From Malacoraja senta (taxonomy: Eukaryota), in NCBI GenBank assembly GCA_038087875.1, contig CM075985.1, forward strand, positions 22,258,001 through 22,322,000: DNA of 64,000 nucleotides, written 5' to 3'. How positions within the stretch are numbered: position 1 is the first letter of the stretch; every line of letters starts with the position of its first letter. A program made the translations under genes and the position numbers. Positions 49,779 through 62,159 of the stretch are shown in pieces. The notes under the pieces were generated by a model. The model searched no databases. It had not been told where the DNA came from and was given only the letters and a program-made list of their open reading frames with translations.

Positions 49779-49965
49779 CAGATACAAGGTGCTGAAGTAA
49801 TTTAGCAGGGCACGCTTAGCAGCATCTCTGGAGATCATAAATAGGTGACGGTCTGAAGAAGGGTCTCAACCCAAACCTTCCCCTATCCATGTTCTATCCA
49901 TGTTCTGCCTGACCCCTTGAGTTACTCCAGCACTTTGTGAAAGCAGCACCTGCAGTTCCTTGCTT
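49779..49965. mobile_element. Penelope-derived palindromic mini-element
   Basis: Perfect 14-bp TSD CTATATAAAACAGT at 49765-49778 and 49966-49979; hammerhead-like core at 49853; inserted in a decayed + strand CR1 that continues to ~50350. Confidence 0.8.
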
Positions 49966-51449
49966 CTATATAAAACAGTTGTTAGGACACAGCTGGAGAA
50001 TGATGTGCTGTTCTGGTTACCACAGTCTAGGAAGGAAGTGATTATACTGGAGAAGGTGCAGTGGACATTCACCAGAATGTTGCCTGGGATGGAGTGTTTC
50101 AGCTCCAGAGTTACTGGATAGGATGAATTTGTTTCCTTGAAGTGGAGATGACAAATGGGGTTTCTGAATATGACGTAAGTAAGGTTATGGAGATGAGGGA
50201 CAAAGATAAGATAGTTTGTGAGAATTATCCCTCTAAGCAGAGATGTCTATAACCAAAAAGCATAGGTATAATGTGAGGGCAGGAGATTTAGAGGGGATTT
50301 GAGGAAGGCTTTTCATACCCAGAGGTTGGTAGAAATCTGGCCAGCATCGTCCAACTCCATAATGGATGTTATTGTTCGCACATAATTTAACAAGCGGTGG
50401 ATCTGGGATCAGCACTCACTAGCAGCAGTAATGGAGGGTTTCTGGACTCAATCTGCATTACTGACAAGGGGCAATACACTATAAAGGTGGGGCGTTTTCA
50501 GAGCTGGATTGGGCTGATGGTTCCCAGTCTATGTGTGAGAGGGAAGAGGCAGCCCCCTCTTCCCCCCTCACCCTGGGGTCTCAGCTGGCCCACACTGATA
50601 ACTGGAGAGGACACCAGCTCACTCTCACCTAGAGCCCCTCAGTAGCAGCATCATTAGCCCGTACCAGCTGTTCAAAAACAGGTATCAAGTCTTTGTTTAG
50701 TTTACGTTGTCTTCCCGTGCTCAGGACCAAATTGTAAATTATCGTTATTAATACAAAGTTGATATTACTTTTACTGTTCACATCAAAATCTGAAAATGCT
50801 GAAGGCACTCAGAGGGGCAGGTGGTGTATGTAGAAAGAGAAGCAGAGTTAACATGTCAAGTGAACTGGGAAAGTGAGAAAACAAGTTAGTTTTAAGTTAT
50901 AGAGAGGTTGGGGGAGAGATTGATAGAAAAAAGAGAATATCTCTGATTATGTGATGCCCAGATTGCCATGGTGATAAGCTATTGATGAAACCATCTGGTT
51001 GACAGGTTATTGATGGAAGTTAGAGATGCAGAATATGTAAAAGGTGTGAGATGCAAAGCTGTAGAAAATACCTCGCAGTTCAGGCCATGCCAGCAGAGAG
51101 AAAGAGAACCTGAGGCAGAATCATAGCTAGACGACCGACAGTCTGACGAGTACTGATGCAAATAAAGAAAGCAAGTTTGACCTTAGACATTGCAATGCAT
51201 GAGTGGGGCCCCATGTATTGGAGTGCAGTAGGTAATCACTCCATGATGGTTCCAGGGTCCATGCATCGCCCCATGTGAGGCTCAGTTTAGACCCTATCTC
51301 TGCTCCTCCATCCTTGCTATTTAAAGCAAGTTTTCAAAAGAGTAGTGTGAATCATAAATTAATAATGGTACGTAAATATGTATTAAGAATATTCTTCAAG
51401 CATCACTTAATTTAATGTAGATGTTTACAATGCAGATATAGATATTGTA

Positions 51450-51622
51450 TAGGTGGGAACTGCAGATGCTGGTTTTAACCGAAGATAGACATAAAAAGCT
51501 GGAGTAACTCAGCAGGACAGGCAGCATCTCAGGTCGAGACCCTTCTTCAGACCTAAGAAACGTCAAACATTCTTTCTCTCCAGAGATACTGCCTGTCCTG
51601 CTTTCTCCAGTTTTTTGCCAAT
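51450..51622. mobile_element. Penelope-derived palindromic mini-element
   Basis: Inverted arms; imperfect TSD TAGATATTGTATA / TAGATACTGTATA. Confidence 0.7.
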
Positions 51623-52576
51623 GTAGATACTGTATAAATGCTATTGTACTAAATATAGATGAAGACTATCAATAAAGCAAATATCCATGTTGGGAATGTA
51701 TTAAAACATTTCCAACTTGTTGCAATTTACAGCCAATAGGTAAGAATTAAAAATACATTAATAAAAGCAAAAATCAAACCAGGAAAGAACAAATAACTTA
51801 ACATTTCTTATTTCTGAAATGGGAAAGACAACATGACAGGTAAAAGTTGAACATTGCGTTCTACCTCTTCAAAAACAAGGATAAATTCAAAATGCCAATC
51901 AAAACTCTGCAAATACTGCACCGTGCCCCAACTGAATCTCAATGACCACGTTGTAACAGTTGACAGAGAAAAGCTGAATGGGTAATGTTGACATAGCAAT
52001 GTGACCTGGTGGCCTGTAAATTCCTGCAACTGTAATGCATGCATTAATCGCACTGAACTCCCAGAGTCCTGAATTCCAGAGCTGAGGTGAAAGTGATTGT
52101 TCCTGACAACAAGGCACCGTCTCACCTAATCGGATGTGAAAGTGCAGCGAAACTGAAGTTGATGGAAATCGAGGAGAAAATTCTCGGTTGGTAGTAATTC
52201 ATGCCTGGAACATGGGAAGGTGATTGTGCCTGTGAGAGGTTAATCATCTCAGCTCCAGGATGTATATCACTGTCTGAATGTCTCAGGAATGTGTCCTGGG
52301 TCTAACCATGTTAAGCTCTTTCAACATCAAATTTCCTTCAATCATTGAGGTCAGAGGTGCCCTGGTGTCCAGTTCCATTCACTATTCTCTAGGTGAGGCA
52401 GTCCTTCAAAACATACACAAATCTTCAATAGCTTGACAAGACTAATTGGAGGGGGGATGTTTTCCTTGACTGGAGTCTAGAACAGAGCACACAGTTTGAA
52501 TAATGAAAAGACTGTTTAAGACTGAGATGAGGAGGAATTTCTACACTCGGAGAGTGCTGAACTTTTGGATTCTCTG

Positions 52577-52833
52577 TGCAGGAAGGAACTGCAGATGCTG
52601 GTTTAAACCGAAGATAGACACAAAATGCTGGAGTAACTCAACGGGACAAGCAGCATCTCTGGAGAGAAGGAATGAGTGCCATTTCGGGTCGAGATCCTTC
52701 TTCAGTCTGGATGTGACATTTCAGGTCGAGACCCTTCTTCATCTGAAGAAGGGTCTCGACCCGAAACGTCACCCATTCCTTCTGTCCAGAGATGCAGCAT
52801 GTCCCGCTGAATTACTCCAGCATTCTGTGTCTA
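52577..52833. mobile_element. Penelope-derived palindromic mini-element with three hammerhead-like cores, inserted in a CR1 fragment
   Basis: Cores at ~52678-52705 (-), ~52714-52742 (-) and 52743-52770 (+). Confidence 0.8.
52743..52770 (+). ncRNA. Minimal hammerhead ribozyme motif (best-preserved copy)
   Basis: CTGAAGA-A-GGGTC-TC-GACCC-GAAA-C-GTC; predicted cleavage after 52770. Confidence 0.72.
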
Positions 52834-53382
52834 TTTTGGGGATCCTCTGTTCTGTATGGCTGTGGAGACTTTGATAGATCTCTGGATATGAAAAAAATCA
52901 AAGGATATGGAGTGTGTTGCTACAAAATGACACAGTTATAGAAGATCAGCCATGGTTTTAGTGAAGAGTGTAGGGACCACAACAGGGCCTAAATGATAAA
53001 GGCTTTTAAAACTCATCTGCTACATAGGAAACTATGAATTTAAGCCCATTTTTGCATGTATCTGATTGTGACTTACAGGGATAGAAAATAAAATGGAACC
53101 AAAGTAACCTGTGATTATTCAGGGGTATTTACTATCTAGTATTATCAAGGGTCTGAACCTTCTTCATGTTTGGATATATCTTTCTTACATGTTTATTAAG
53201 TAACATAGGGATCTTTGGCAAAGCCAGCATTTATTAGCCATCCATACTTACTCTGAGGAAGTGGTGGTCTCATTCTGAACACTGGTCACCTTTCCAGTGA
53301 AGCTACTCCCACAGAGTTCCAACATTTAGATCCAATGACAATGAAGGCACTGTAATATTATTCCAAGCCTTATCTTATAATT

Positions 53383-53697
53383 TAGTTTCATTTGGTTTAG
53401 AGATACAGCATGGGAGCAGGTCCTTCGGCCCAACGAGTCCACACCGACCATTGATCACCCGTTCACACTAGTTCTATGTTATCCCACTTTCACATTGTGT
53501 CCCTACACACTCAGGGCTATTTAAGCAGGCCAATTAACCTACAACCCCACATGTCTTTGGGATGTGGGAGGAAACTGGGCCACACGGTCACAGGGAGAAC
53601 ATGCAAACTCCACAAAGATACCAGCTAAGGTCAGGATCAAACCCGGGCCTCTTGTGCCAGAGGCAGCAGCTCTACCAGCTGCGCCACTCTGCTGCCC
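53383..53697 (-). mobile_element. HE1/V-SINE-like SINE
   Basis: Full reverse-complement copy from (TAAAC)-like tail to tRNA-like head. Confidence 0.8.
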
Positions 53698-55569
53698 CTA
53701 ATGGCTTTACAGAAGGAAAGTTTAAAGGAAATTAATGAGGCAGGTTATTTTGCACAGGGCAGGTGGTGGAAGCAGATACAAGCATTTAAGAGGTATATAG
53801 ACAGGCACATGAACAAGCAAAGGATGGAGGGATAAAGACCATGTTTACATAGGCCTCATGCTCATCATAGACACCATGGGCAGAAGGGTCTGTTCCTGTG
53901 TTGTACTCTTTGATGTTCTATGTAGAAGTAGCTATTTCGGCCTAAAGACCATGCTACTGCCAGAGAAGCAATCCCATCCCCCCATGCCCTATCTCCCTCT
54001 ACCAATGCAGCTTATTCTCTCTAACATGTACTCATCAACTCCTCTCTGATTCTTTTTCCCAATTAACCCAGTGTAAAAGGTGAGTTGAGAAGTCAGGAAG
54101 GCAGGTTCCTCAGAAGGGAGGCTGTAGTTGGTGATACTCTCATCTGCCTGACGTTGGAAATGTGGCCTCGATGAAGCATTAGTGAGAAAGAACAGTGCGT
54201 TTTGTTGACAGTATATGGTAGTGAGTGAGCGTGAGAGTAAGGAGGCAGGATGGTGTTGGGACTTGCCCTCACCCAGTTAAGTCTTCCATATCTTGTTGGA
54301 CACAATTGTTGCTTGGTACTAATGTGGAGCAAATGTTACTTGTCACATGTTTATCAATAGTGTATTATTCCAAGGGCTTCTAAGGTATGAGGTGTACAAG
54401 AGGTGAGATTTCTAAGAGCTCTGGTTTCCATGGAACAGCTTGTCTAAAGGAGTGGTATTTCTGTCAGCACCGGCCACGTGAGGGAGTGGAGATTTCACAG
54501 TCTATGGGTTTTCCTGGGCATCTCAATTAGAGAGCAGGCGTTTTCCTCAGGTGTGAGGTTTACAAGAATGTGGCGATTTCAGCAAGGATTACCCATGTGT
54601 TTGAATCAACAAAATCGTGAGTTTTCCAATGATTTTGTTTCTAAAAACTTTTCTGAGGTCTGGGTTTTATCAAAGCGGTGATTACCATTTTGTTTCTCTA
54701 TGTTGGAGGACAATTAGGTCTCACAGTCAGCGCCTTCAGGAGGTATGAGGAAAAAAGAGGAGTTAAAGCTAACTGGGGGAAAACAGGCCTTTGACATTTC
54801 TATTCTTTCAGACGCAGAGGATGTGGACATTTGTCAGATCACCCATGACTGTTTGCAGACAGTGACACCTAGTGCCAGTCATTGTATTTACCACAATTGT
54901 ATCCTAATCAGCGTCAATGCGACTGATACCATACATCCAGCAACCAATTCTGATGTGTTTTGGGGCAAGGTATTTACACAGTTAAGGCGAGGTTTCAATT
55001 TTAGGCAGAGATACAGAAGCATTATTTATTTTTCATTTAAGATGCAATAATGAGACGGACAGGAGGCTTAAGAGAAATTTAATCTTTGGCTGAAATGTCT
55101 GTCGAAATTCTTGCAAAAATAAAGAAATTTTGATTTTGTATATTCTTCGTTTGCCTATATTAGGAATGCAACTGAAAGCGAATAGACTACATTTGTGCAG
55201 TGCCTTTTGTAATTTCAAGATAACTTTAAGCAAGTTAAGATTAAGTGAGACATTTTTTAATTACACTGTTCTAATACATATTGGATTGATGTAGTTTTAA
55301 ATATTCTCACATTCTAAATTATTTATATCGTAATACTCAGATAAAGAATCACATTGTGATTTGATGAATATTTTTTCCTTTTGGGTTTTCTCTGCACAGG
55401 GTTGTGGCTCTGAGATTCTTACTGGATTTCTTCACTATGTCAGTCCATATTAAACTTTTTTAAATGCCAATGATTCTTACTGCAAAATCTGTCACTGGAA
55501 ATCTTAACTGGTCTTTTTGACTGTTGTTCCATCCTTATCTATCATATTCATTATATATTATTGACTGTA

Positions 55570-56180
55570 AATAAAAACAGGAGCATCAGTAGGCCATTCA
55601 GCCCTTCCAGCCTGGTCCACCTTTCATTAAGATCAAGGCTGGTCCACTACCACAAAATGCTTTCAGTGCCCAATTCCTTTGATTTTCTTAATGCCCAGAA
55701 ATCTATCGATCTCTGTTTTGAAAAACCCCCCACAATGATTGAGCCTTCCCAGAGCTCCAGGATAGAGAATTCCAAATGTTCACTATCTTCCGAATGAAAA
55801 GAATTTCTGTTCACCTCAGTTCTAAATAGCATATCCTTTACCCTATGATGAGTATACCTATTCTCGGCAAGGAGATCAAAACAGTACACAAAACTCTCAT
55901 CAAGGTCTGATACAATTGCAATAAAACCTCCTTATTCTTGTATTCAAATCATCTGTAAATAGAAATTAACACACTGCTCGCCTGTTTATTGATTGCTGCA
56001 CCTGCCTAATGACCTTCTTTGATCAATCAGCATGTACAGCTTAGTCATTTTCAACATCACCACAACACAGTTTCTCTAACAAATACTTTACTTTTCTTTG
56101 AAGTGCACCAAAGTGCATGATCTCACATGTTCTCACACATTCTCACCAAGCTCGCCCATATTCCCTGAATCCCTTCTCAG
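55570..56180 (-). mobile_element. Decayed CR1 3' fragment
   Basis: HRVK...FRTEVNRNSF motif and CR1 3' UTR in reverse. Confidence 0.7.
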
Positions 56181-56461
56181 AGCTCCCGTGGATTTGGAAG
56201 CAACAGCAACAAAGAGAAGCAGGAGAAAACACTGATTGGCTCTAGCCCGAGTGGGAGGAGAGTTAGAAGTGAGTCAGAGGGGGAAAATAGTTTAAAACTG
56301 AGGAATTTGGTTTGTAAATTGGTAAATTTGGCAATTTATCAATCAATATAAGCAATTGGCTCTTAGGGAGCAGCAGTGAGGGAAGTGCCCTGTGAGAAAA
56401 GTGCGAGTCTTAGGAGAGGAGGCTACGTAAAACCCTGGAGAGGGAGAGATGAAAGAAGGAG

Positions 56462-57359
56462 ATGTCAGGCAAGCTGATTCAGTGTGATGCTTGCAGTATG
56501 TGGGAGGTCAAGGACACTGCTGGTGCCTCTGGCTACTACAAATGTGAGAAGTGCATCCAGATACATCTCCTGAAGGACCGTGTTGGGGAACTGGAGAAGC
56601 AAGTGGATAACCTCAGGTTCGTCCGAGAAACTGAGTCGTTCCTTGACAAGTCCTACAGTAAGATTGTTACACCTAAGGTACTGGAAGAGAGAAGGTGGGT
56701 GATGGTGAGAAAGGGAGGGAAACATGGAATGCAAATGTCCCCGGGTGTTGTACCTCTTGTGAACAGGTTCACCCACTTAGAAACTGTCGGAAACATTAAC
56801 GCACTGAGCGGCGGACTGGCTTGCGAAGCAAAAAGGGCTGTTGAGCCAAAACCAAAGAGGCCAACGTCAGGCAACGCCATTGTAGTTGGACAGGGGTTTC
56901 TGCGGCAACAGATGGGATTCGAGGATGGTGTGCTGCCTTCCTGGTGCCAGGATCCAGGATGTCACGGACAGAGTGCAGAAAATCCTCAAGGGCGAAGGTG
57001 AACAGCCGGAAGTGGCAGTGCATGTCGGCACAAATGATGTCGGAAAGAAGGGGATGAATATTCTGCAACGTGACTTTAGAGAGCTCGGAAAAATGCTGAA
57101 AAGCAGGACCTCCAGGGTTGTTATCTCCGGTTTGCTTCCAGTTCTTCATGCAGGCGAGAGCAGGAACAGGGAGATACGGGACCTGAATGTGTGGCTGAGG
57201 AACTGTTGCAATGGGCAGGGATTTAGATTCTTAGATCACTGGGATCTGTTTTGGAGTAAGGGGGAACTGTACAAAAGGGACGGATTGCATCTTAACAGGT
57301 GGGGGACCAGCATTCTGGCAGGCAGGTTTGCCACTACTACAGGGGTGGTTTTAAACTGA
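56462..57359 (+). pseudogene. CR1 ORF1, frameshifted at ~56888
   Basis: CDAC/CEKC zinc-finger-like N-terminus; AIVVG then frame change into DRGFCG..CLPGA..HVGTND..DGLHLN; the expected GDS block is absent. Confidence 0.85.
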
Positions 57360-57505
57360 ATAAGGGTGGTGGGGTGTCAAATGGGATAGTCGAGGATGGA
57401 GTTAAAGGGAAAAAGAGTAAAGTGATGGTTAATGACCCCAGAATTAACGGGAAAGGAAGCTCATAAAGGGATAGGAGAGTATGGCCAAGTGTAATAGGGA
57501 TCGAT

Positions 57506-60340
57506 GTGAAAGGTGAGATGCGTAAGGAATTAAAAGTATTGTATATGAATGCGCAAAGTATAAGAAGTAAAGTAGATGAGCTTGAGGCTCAGTTAGAGGT
57601 TGGTAGATATGACATTGTGGGGATTACTGAGACATGGCTGCAGGAGGATCGGGCCTGGGAACTTAATATTCAGGGTTATACATCCTATAGAAAGGACAGG
57701 CAGGTGGGCAGAGGAGGGGGGGTAGCTCTGCTGGTGAGGGATGGAATTCAGTCCCTTGCGAGGGAGGACATAGGGACTGACGAGGTAGAGTCACTGTGGA
57801 TTGAGTTGAGGAATTGTAAAGGCAAGAAGACACTAATTGGTGTTATTTACAGACCCCCAAATAGTAGCCCGGATGTAGGGTGTAAGTTGCAGCAGGAGTT
57901 AAAACTGGCATGTAGCAAAGGTAACGCCACTGTGGTGATGGGGGATTTCAATATGCAGGTAGACTGGGAAAATCAGGTTGGTTCAGGATCCCAAGAAAGA
58001 GAGTTTGTAGAATGCCTCCGAGATGGATTCTTAGAGCAGCTTGTAATGGAGCCGACCAGAGAAAAGGCAATTCTGGATTTAGTGTTGTCCAATGAACCAG
58101 ATATGATAAGAGAACTCGAAGTAAAGGAACCGCTTGGAGGTAGTGATCATAATATGATTAGTTTTAATCTGCAATTTGAGAAGGAGAACGTTAAATCGGA
58201 AGTGGCAGTGATGCAGTTGAACAAAGGGGACTATGAAGGCATGAGAGGGGAGCTGGCCAAAGTAGACTGGAAAGGGATCCTAGCAGGAATGACGGTGGAA
58301 CAGCAATGGCAGGAATTTCTCGGCATAATCCGGGAGACGCAGGATCATTTCATTCCAAAAAGGAAGAAAGATTCTAAGGGGAGTAGGAGGCAACCGTGGC
58401 TGACAAGAGAAGTTAGGGATAGAATAAAACTAAAAGAAAAGATGTATAACACAGCAAAGAGAAGCCGGAAGCCAGAGGATTGGGAAACTTTCATAGGACA
58501 ACAGAAGGAAACAAAACGGGCAATACGGGCTGAAAAGATGAAGTACGAGGGGAAGCTGGCCAGAAATATAAAGAAGGACAGTAAAAGCTTCTTTAGATAT
58601 GTTAAGGGAAAAAGAGTAGCAAAGTCAAATGTGGGTCCCTTGAAGGCAGACACGGGTGAAATTATTATGGACAACAAGGAAATGGCAGAAGAGTTGAATA
58701 GGTACTTCGGATCTGTCTTCACTAAGGAAGACACAAACAATCTCCCAGATGTACTGGAGGACAGAGGCTCTCAGGGGGTAGAGGAACTGAAAGAAATTTT
58801 CATTAGGCGAGAAATAGTATTGGGTAGGCTAATGGGACTAAAGGATGATAAATCCCCTGGGCCTGATTGTCTGCATCCCAGGGTCCTCAGGGAGGTGGCT
58901 CTAGAAATAGTGGACGCATTGGTGATCATTTTCCAATGTTCAATAGATTCAGGATCAGTTCCTGTGGATTGGAGGATAGCTAATGTTATCCCACTTTTCA
59001 AGAAAGGAGCGAGAGAGAAAACGGGGAATTATAGACCAGTTAGCCTGACTTCGGTGGTGGGAAAGATGCTGGAGTCAATTATTAAAGATGTAATAATGGG
59101 GCATTTGGATAGTAGCAAAAGGATTAGTCCAAGTCAACATGGATTTATGAAAGGGACATCATGCTTGACTAATCTTCTGGAATTTTTTGAGGATGTGACA
59201 AGTAAAATGGATGAAGGGGTGCCAGTGGATGTAGTGTATCTAGACTTTCAGAAAGCCTTTGATAAAGTCCCGCACGGGAGATTGGTGACTAAAATTAGAG
59301 CACATGGTATTGGGGGTAGGGTGTTGACATGGATAGAAAATTGGTTGGCAGACCGGAAGCAAAGAGTAGGAGTGAACGGGTCCTTTTCAGATTGGCAGGC
59401 AGTGGCGAGTGGAGTGTCGCAAGGCTCGGTGTTGGGGCCGCAACTGTTTACCATATATATTAATGATTTGGAAGAGGGAATTAGGAGCAACACTATCAAG
59501 TTTGCAGATGACACAAAGCTGGGTGGCAGTGTGAACTGTGAAGAGGATGTTAGGAGGTTGCAGGGTGACCTGGACAGGTTGAGTGAGTGGGCAGACGCGT
59601 GGCAGATGCAGTATAATATAGATAAATGTGAGGTTATCCACTTTGGCGGCAAAAACAAGGGGGCAGATTATTATCTCAATGGGGTTAGGTTAGGTAAGGG
59701 GGAGGTGCAGCGAGACCTGAGTGTACTTGTACACCGGTCACTGAAAGTTGGCGTGCAGGTACAGCAGGCCGTGAAGAAAGCTAATGGAATGTTGGCCTTC
59801 ATAACAAGTGGATTTCAGTATAGGAGTAAAGAGGTTCTTCTGCAGTTGTATAGGGCTCTGGTGAGACCACATCTGGAGTATTGTGTACAGTTTTGGTCTC
59901 CTAATTTGAGGAAGGACATCCTTGTGATTGAGGCAGTGCAGCGTAGGTTCACGAGATTGATCCCTGGGATGGTGGGACTGTCATATGAGGAAAGATTGAA
60001 AAGACTAGGCTTGTATTCACTGGAGTTTAGAAGGATGAGGGGGAATCTTATAGAAACATATAAAATTATAAAAGGACTGGACAAGCTAGATGCAGGAAAA
60101 ATGGTCCCAATGTTGGGCAAGTCCAGAACCAGGGGCCACAGTCTTAGAATAAATGGGAGGTCATTTAAGACTGAGGTGAGAAAAAACGTTTTCACCCAGA
60201 GAGTTGTGAATTTATGGAATTCCCCGCCACAGAGGGCAGTGGAGGCCAAATCACTGGATGGATTTAAGAGAGAGTTAGATAGAGATCTAGGGGCTAGTGG
60301 AGTCAAGGGATATGGGGAGAAGGCAGGCACGGGTTATTGA
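57506..60340 (+). CDS. CR1 ORF2: APE endonuclease and reverse transcriptase (944 aa, uninterrupted)
   Basis: YMNAQS, GITETW, YRPP, GDFN, SDH, NYRPVSLTS, YLDFQKAFD, QGSVLGP and KFADD motifs. Confidence 0.95.
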   Translation: MKGEMRKELKVLYMNAQSIRSKVDELEAQLEVGRYDIVGITETWLQEDRAWELNIQGYTSYRKDRQVGRGGGVALLVRDGIQSLAREDIGTDEVESLWIELRNCKGKKTLIGVIYRPPNSSPDVGCKLQQELKLACSKGNATVVMGDFNMQVDWENQVGSGSQEREFVECLRDGFLEQLVMEPTREKAILDLVLSNEPDMIRELEVKEPLGGSDHNMISFNLQFEKENVKSEVAVMQLNKGDYEGMRGELAKVDWKGILAGMTVEQQWQEFLGIIRETQDHFIPKRKKDSKGSRRQPWLTREVRDRIKLKEKMYNTAKRSRKPEDWETFIGQQKETKRAIRAEKMKYEGKLARNIKKDSKSFFRYVKGKRVAKSNVGPLKADTGEIIMDNKEMAEELNRYFGSVFTKEDTNNLPDVLEDRGSQGVEELKEIFIRREIVLGRLMGLKDDKSPGPDCLHPRVLREVALEIVDALVIIFQCSIDSGSVPVDWRIANVIPLFKKGAREKTGNYRPVSLTSVVGKMLESIIKDVIMGHLDSSKRISPSQHGFMKGTSCLTNLLEFFEDVTSKMDEGVPVDVVYLDFQKAFDKVPHGRLVTKIRAHGIGGRVLTWIENWLADRKQRVGVNGSFSDWQAVASGVSQGSVLGPQLFTIYINDLEEGIRSNTIKFADDTKLGGSVNCEEDVRRLQGDLDRLSEWADAWQMQYNIDKCEVIHFGGKNKGADYYLNGVRLGKGEVQRDLSVLVHRSLKVGVQVQQAVKKANGMLAFITSGFQYRSKEVLLQLYRALVRPHLEYCVQFWSPNLRKDILVIEAVQRRFTRLIPGMVGLSYEERLKRLGLYSLEFRRMRGNLIETYKIIKGLDKLDAGKMVPMLGKSRTRGHSLRINGRSFKTEVRKNVFTQRVVNLWNSPPQRAVEAKSLDGFKRELDRDLGASGVKGYGEKAGTGY

Positions 60341-60524
60341 TATGGGACGATCAGCCATGATCACAATGAATGGTGGTGCTGGCTCGAAGGGCCAAATGGC
60401 CTCCTCCTGCACCTATTTTCTATGTTTCTATGTTCTATGTTTCTTTGCTCTCAATCCCACCTGGTGCAATATTTTGTGTAAATTTGGAAGTACGACATTT
60501 GGCACAGTGTATAAATTTATAAAT

Positions 60525-60855
60525 TCTCGGAGCAGAATTAGGCCATTCGGACCATCGGGTCTACTCCACCATTCAATCATGGCTGATCAATCTTTCTCTC
60601 TCAACCCCATTCTCGCTCCATAACTCCTGACAGCCTTACTAATCGAAAATCTGTCAATCTCCCCCTTCAAAATATCCATTGACTTGCGCTCCACAGCTGT
60701 CTGTGGCAATAAATTCCACAGATTCACCACCTTCTGACTAAAGAAATTCCTTCTCATCTCCTTTCTAAAGGTACGCCCTTTTATTCTGAGGCTCTGACCT
60801 CTGGTCCTAGACTCTCCCACAAGTGGAAACATCCTCTCCACATTCACTCTATCCT
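60525..60855 (-). mobile_element. CR1 3' fragment
   Basis: MFPLVGESRTRG..FFSQKVVNLWN motif. Confidence 0.85.
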
Positions 60856-61009
60856 CAGCCAGTTGATATAGAATATGAAAAGTTGGAACAGCTTTCTGTG
60901 ACAACCCACAAATCACAGCCAATCTGAGAATGGCCCATTTGTTTCCATTCTTTATTATCTTTTGAATAACCAGTTCTCAACCAAGTCAGTATATCACCCA
61001 CAATTCCAG

Positions 61010-61700
61010 GTTTCAATGTTTCAAGGTCAGTGTATTGTCACATGTACCAATTAATGTACAGTGAAATTTGAGTTCCATACAGCCATACTAAGTGAAAAGC
61101 AACAAGACACACAACCACATAAAAGTTAACATAAACATCCACCACAGTGGATTCCACATTCCTCACTGTGATGGAAGGCAATAAAGTTCAATCTTCTTCC
61201 TCTTGTTCTCCCGTAGTCGGGACAGTCAAACCATCCGCAGGCGGGGCGATCAAAGCTCCCGCAGCCGACGATCAGTGTGATCGAATCACCCATGTCGGGG
61301 CGGTTGAAACTCTGTCCGCGGCATGGAGCTCCAGAATCGGCCTCTTCTTACTAGAGAACGCGGGCTTCACGATGTTAAAGTCCACAGGACCCACGGTTGG
61401 AGATTCAATCCCCGGCAAAGAGATCGCAAGCTCCGCGATGTTAAAGCCCCGCAGACTCCTACGGCTTGGGGCGCCCGTCGGTCTCCAGGAAAGGCCGTCA
61501 ACTCCACGATGTTAGGCCGCAGTGGGGACGGAGATACGACACAGAAAAAAAAACGCATCTCCATCAAGGTAAGAGATTGGAAAAAAAGTTTCCCCCAACC
61601 TCCCCCACATAAAACAAACCAAGAAACACTAAAACATACTTTTTAACACATACTAAAAATAACAAAAAGAAGAAAGGACAGACTGTTGGCGAGGTGCCAC
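61010..61700 (-). mobile_element. Non-coding element with a Rex/Babar-like 3' tail (putative non-autonomous partner)
   Basis: TTCAAG..TATTGTCACATGT..CAGTGAAATT resembles the Rex 3' end at 35311-35370; no RT ORF. Confidence 0.5.
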
Positions 61701-62159
61701 CCGTGTTAAATCTTTTAATCACCCTGCTTCATGGAACTTTATTAAACATCACCCAAAAATCCAAACACATCATATCTACTCATTCAACACTATCTAATCT
61801 ACTGGTTACACCCTCAAAGAATGACAGCAGAGTTTTCAAACATGATTTTTATTTTTCACAAATCCTATTTTCTTTCAAGGCTTTCTGTTGTTACTCTTGC
61901 ATCCTACTGAAATTATACAGGATCTTGGTGAGATTACACCTGGAAAATTGTGTACAGGACTGGTCTTCCTGCCCCTGGGAGGGCATCCTAGCGGTAAAGG
62001 CAATCCAATGAAGGGTCATCAGATAGATTGTCGGGATATATTCCAATGAAGAGATATGAAGCATTATAAATATAGGGATGGGCTACCTGGAACGAGGAGT
62101 TACAGTCTAAAAATAAGGGATTGGTCATATAGATGGATCAGAAGAAATGACTGATTGGA

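Larger units (their letters stand above)
56200..60443 (+). mobile_element. Near full-length CR1 LINE
   Basis: 5' UTR, ORF1 (CxxC..CxxC, coiled coil, SGNH esterase-like), ORF2 and (CTATGTT(T))n tail at 60420-60443; 5' boundary approximate. Confidence 0.95.
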
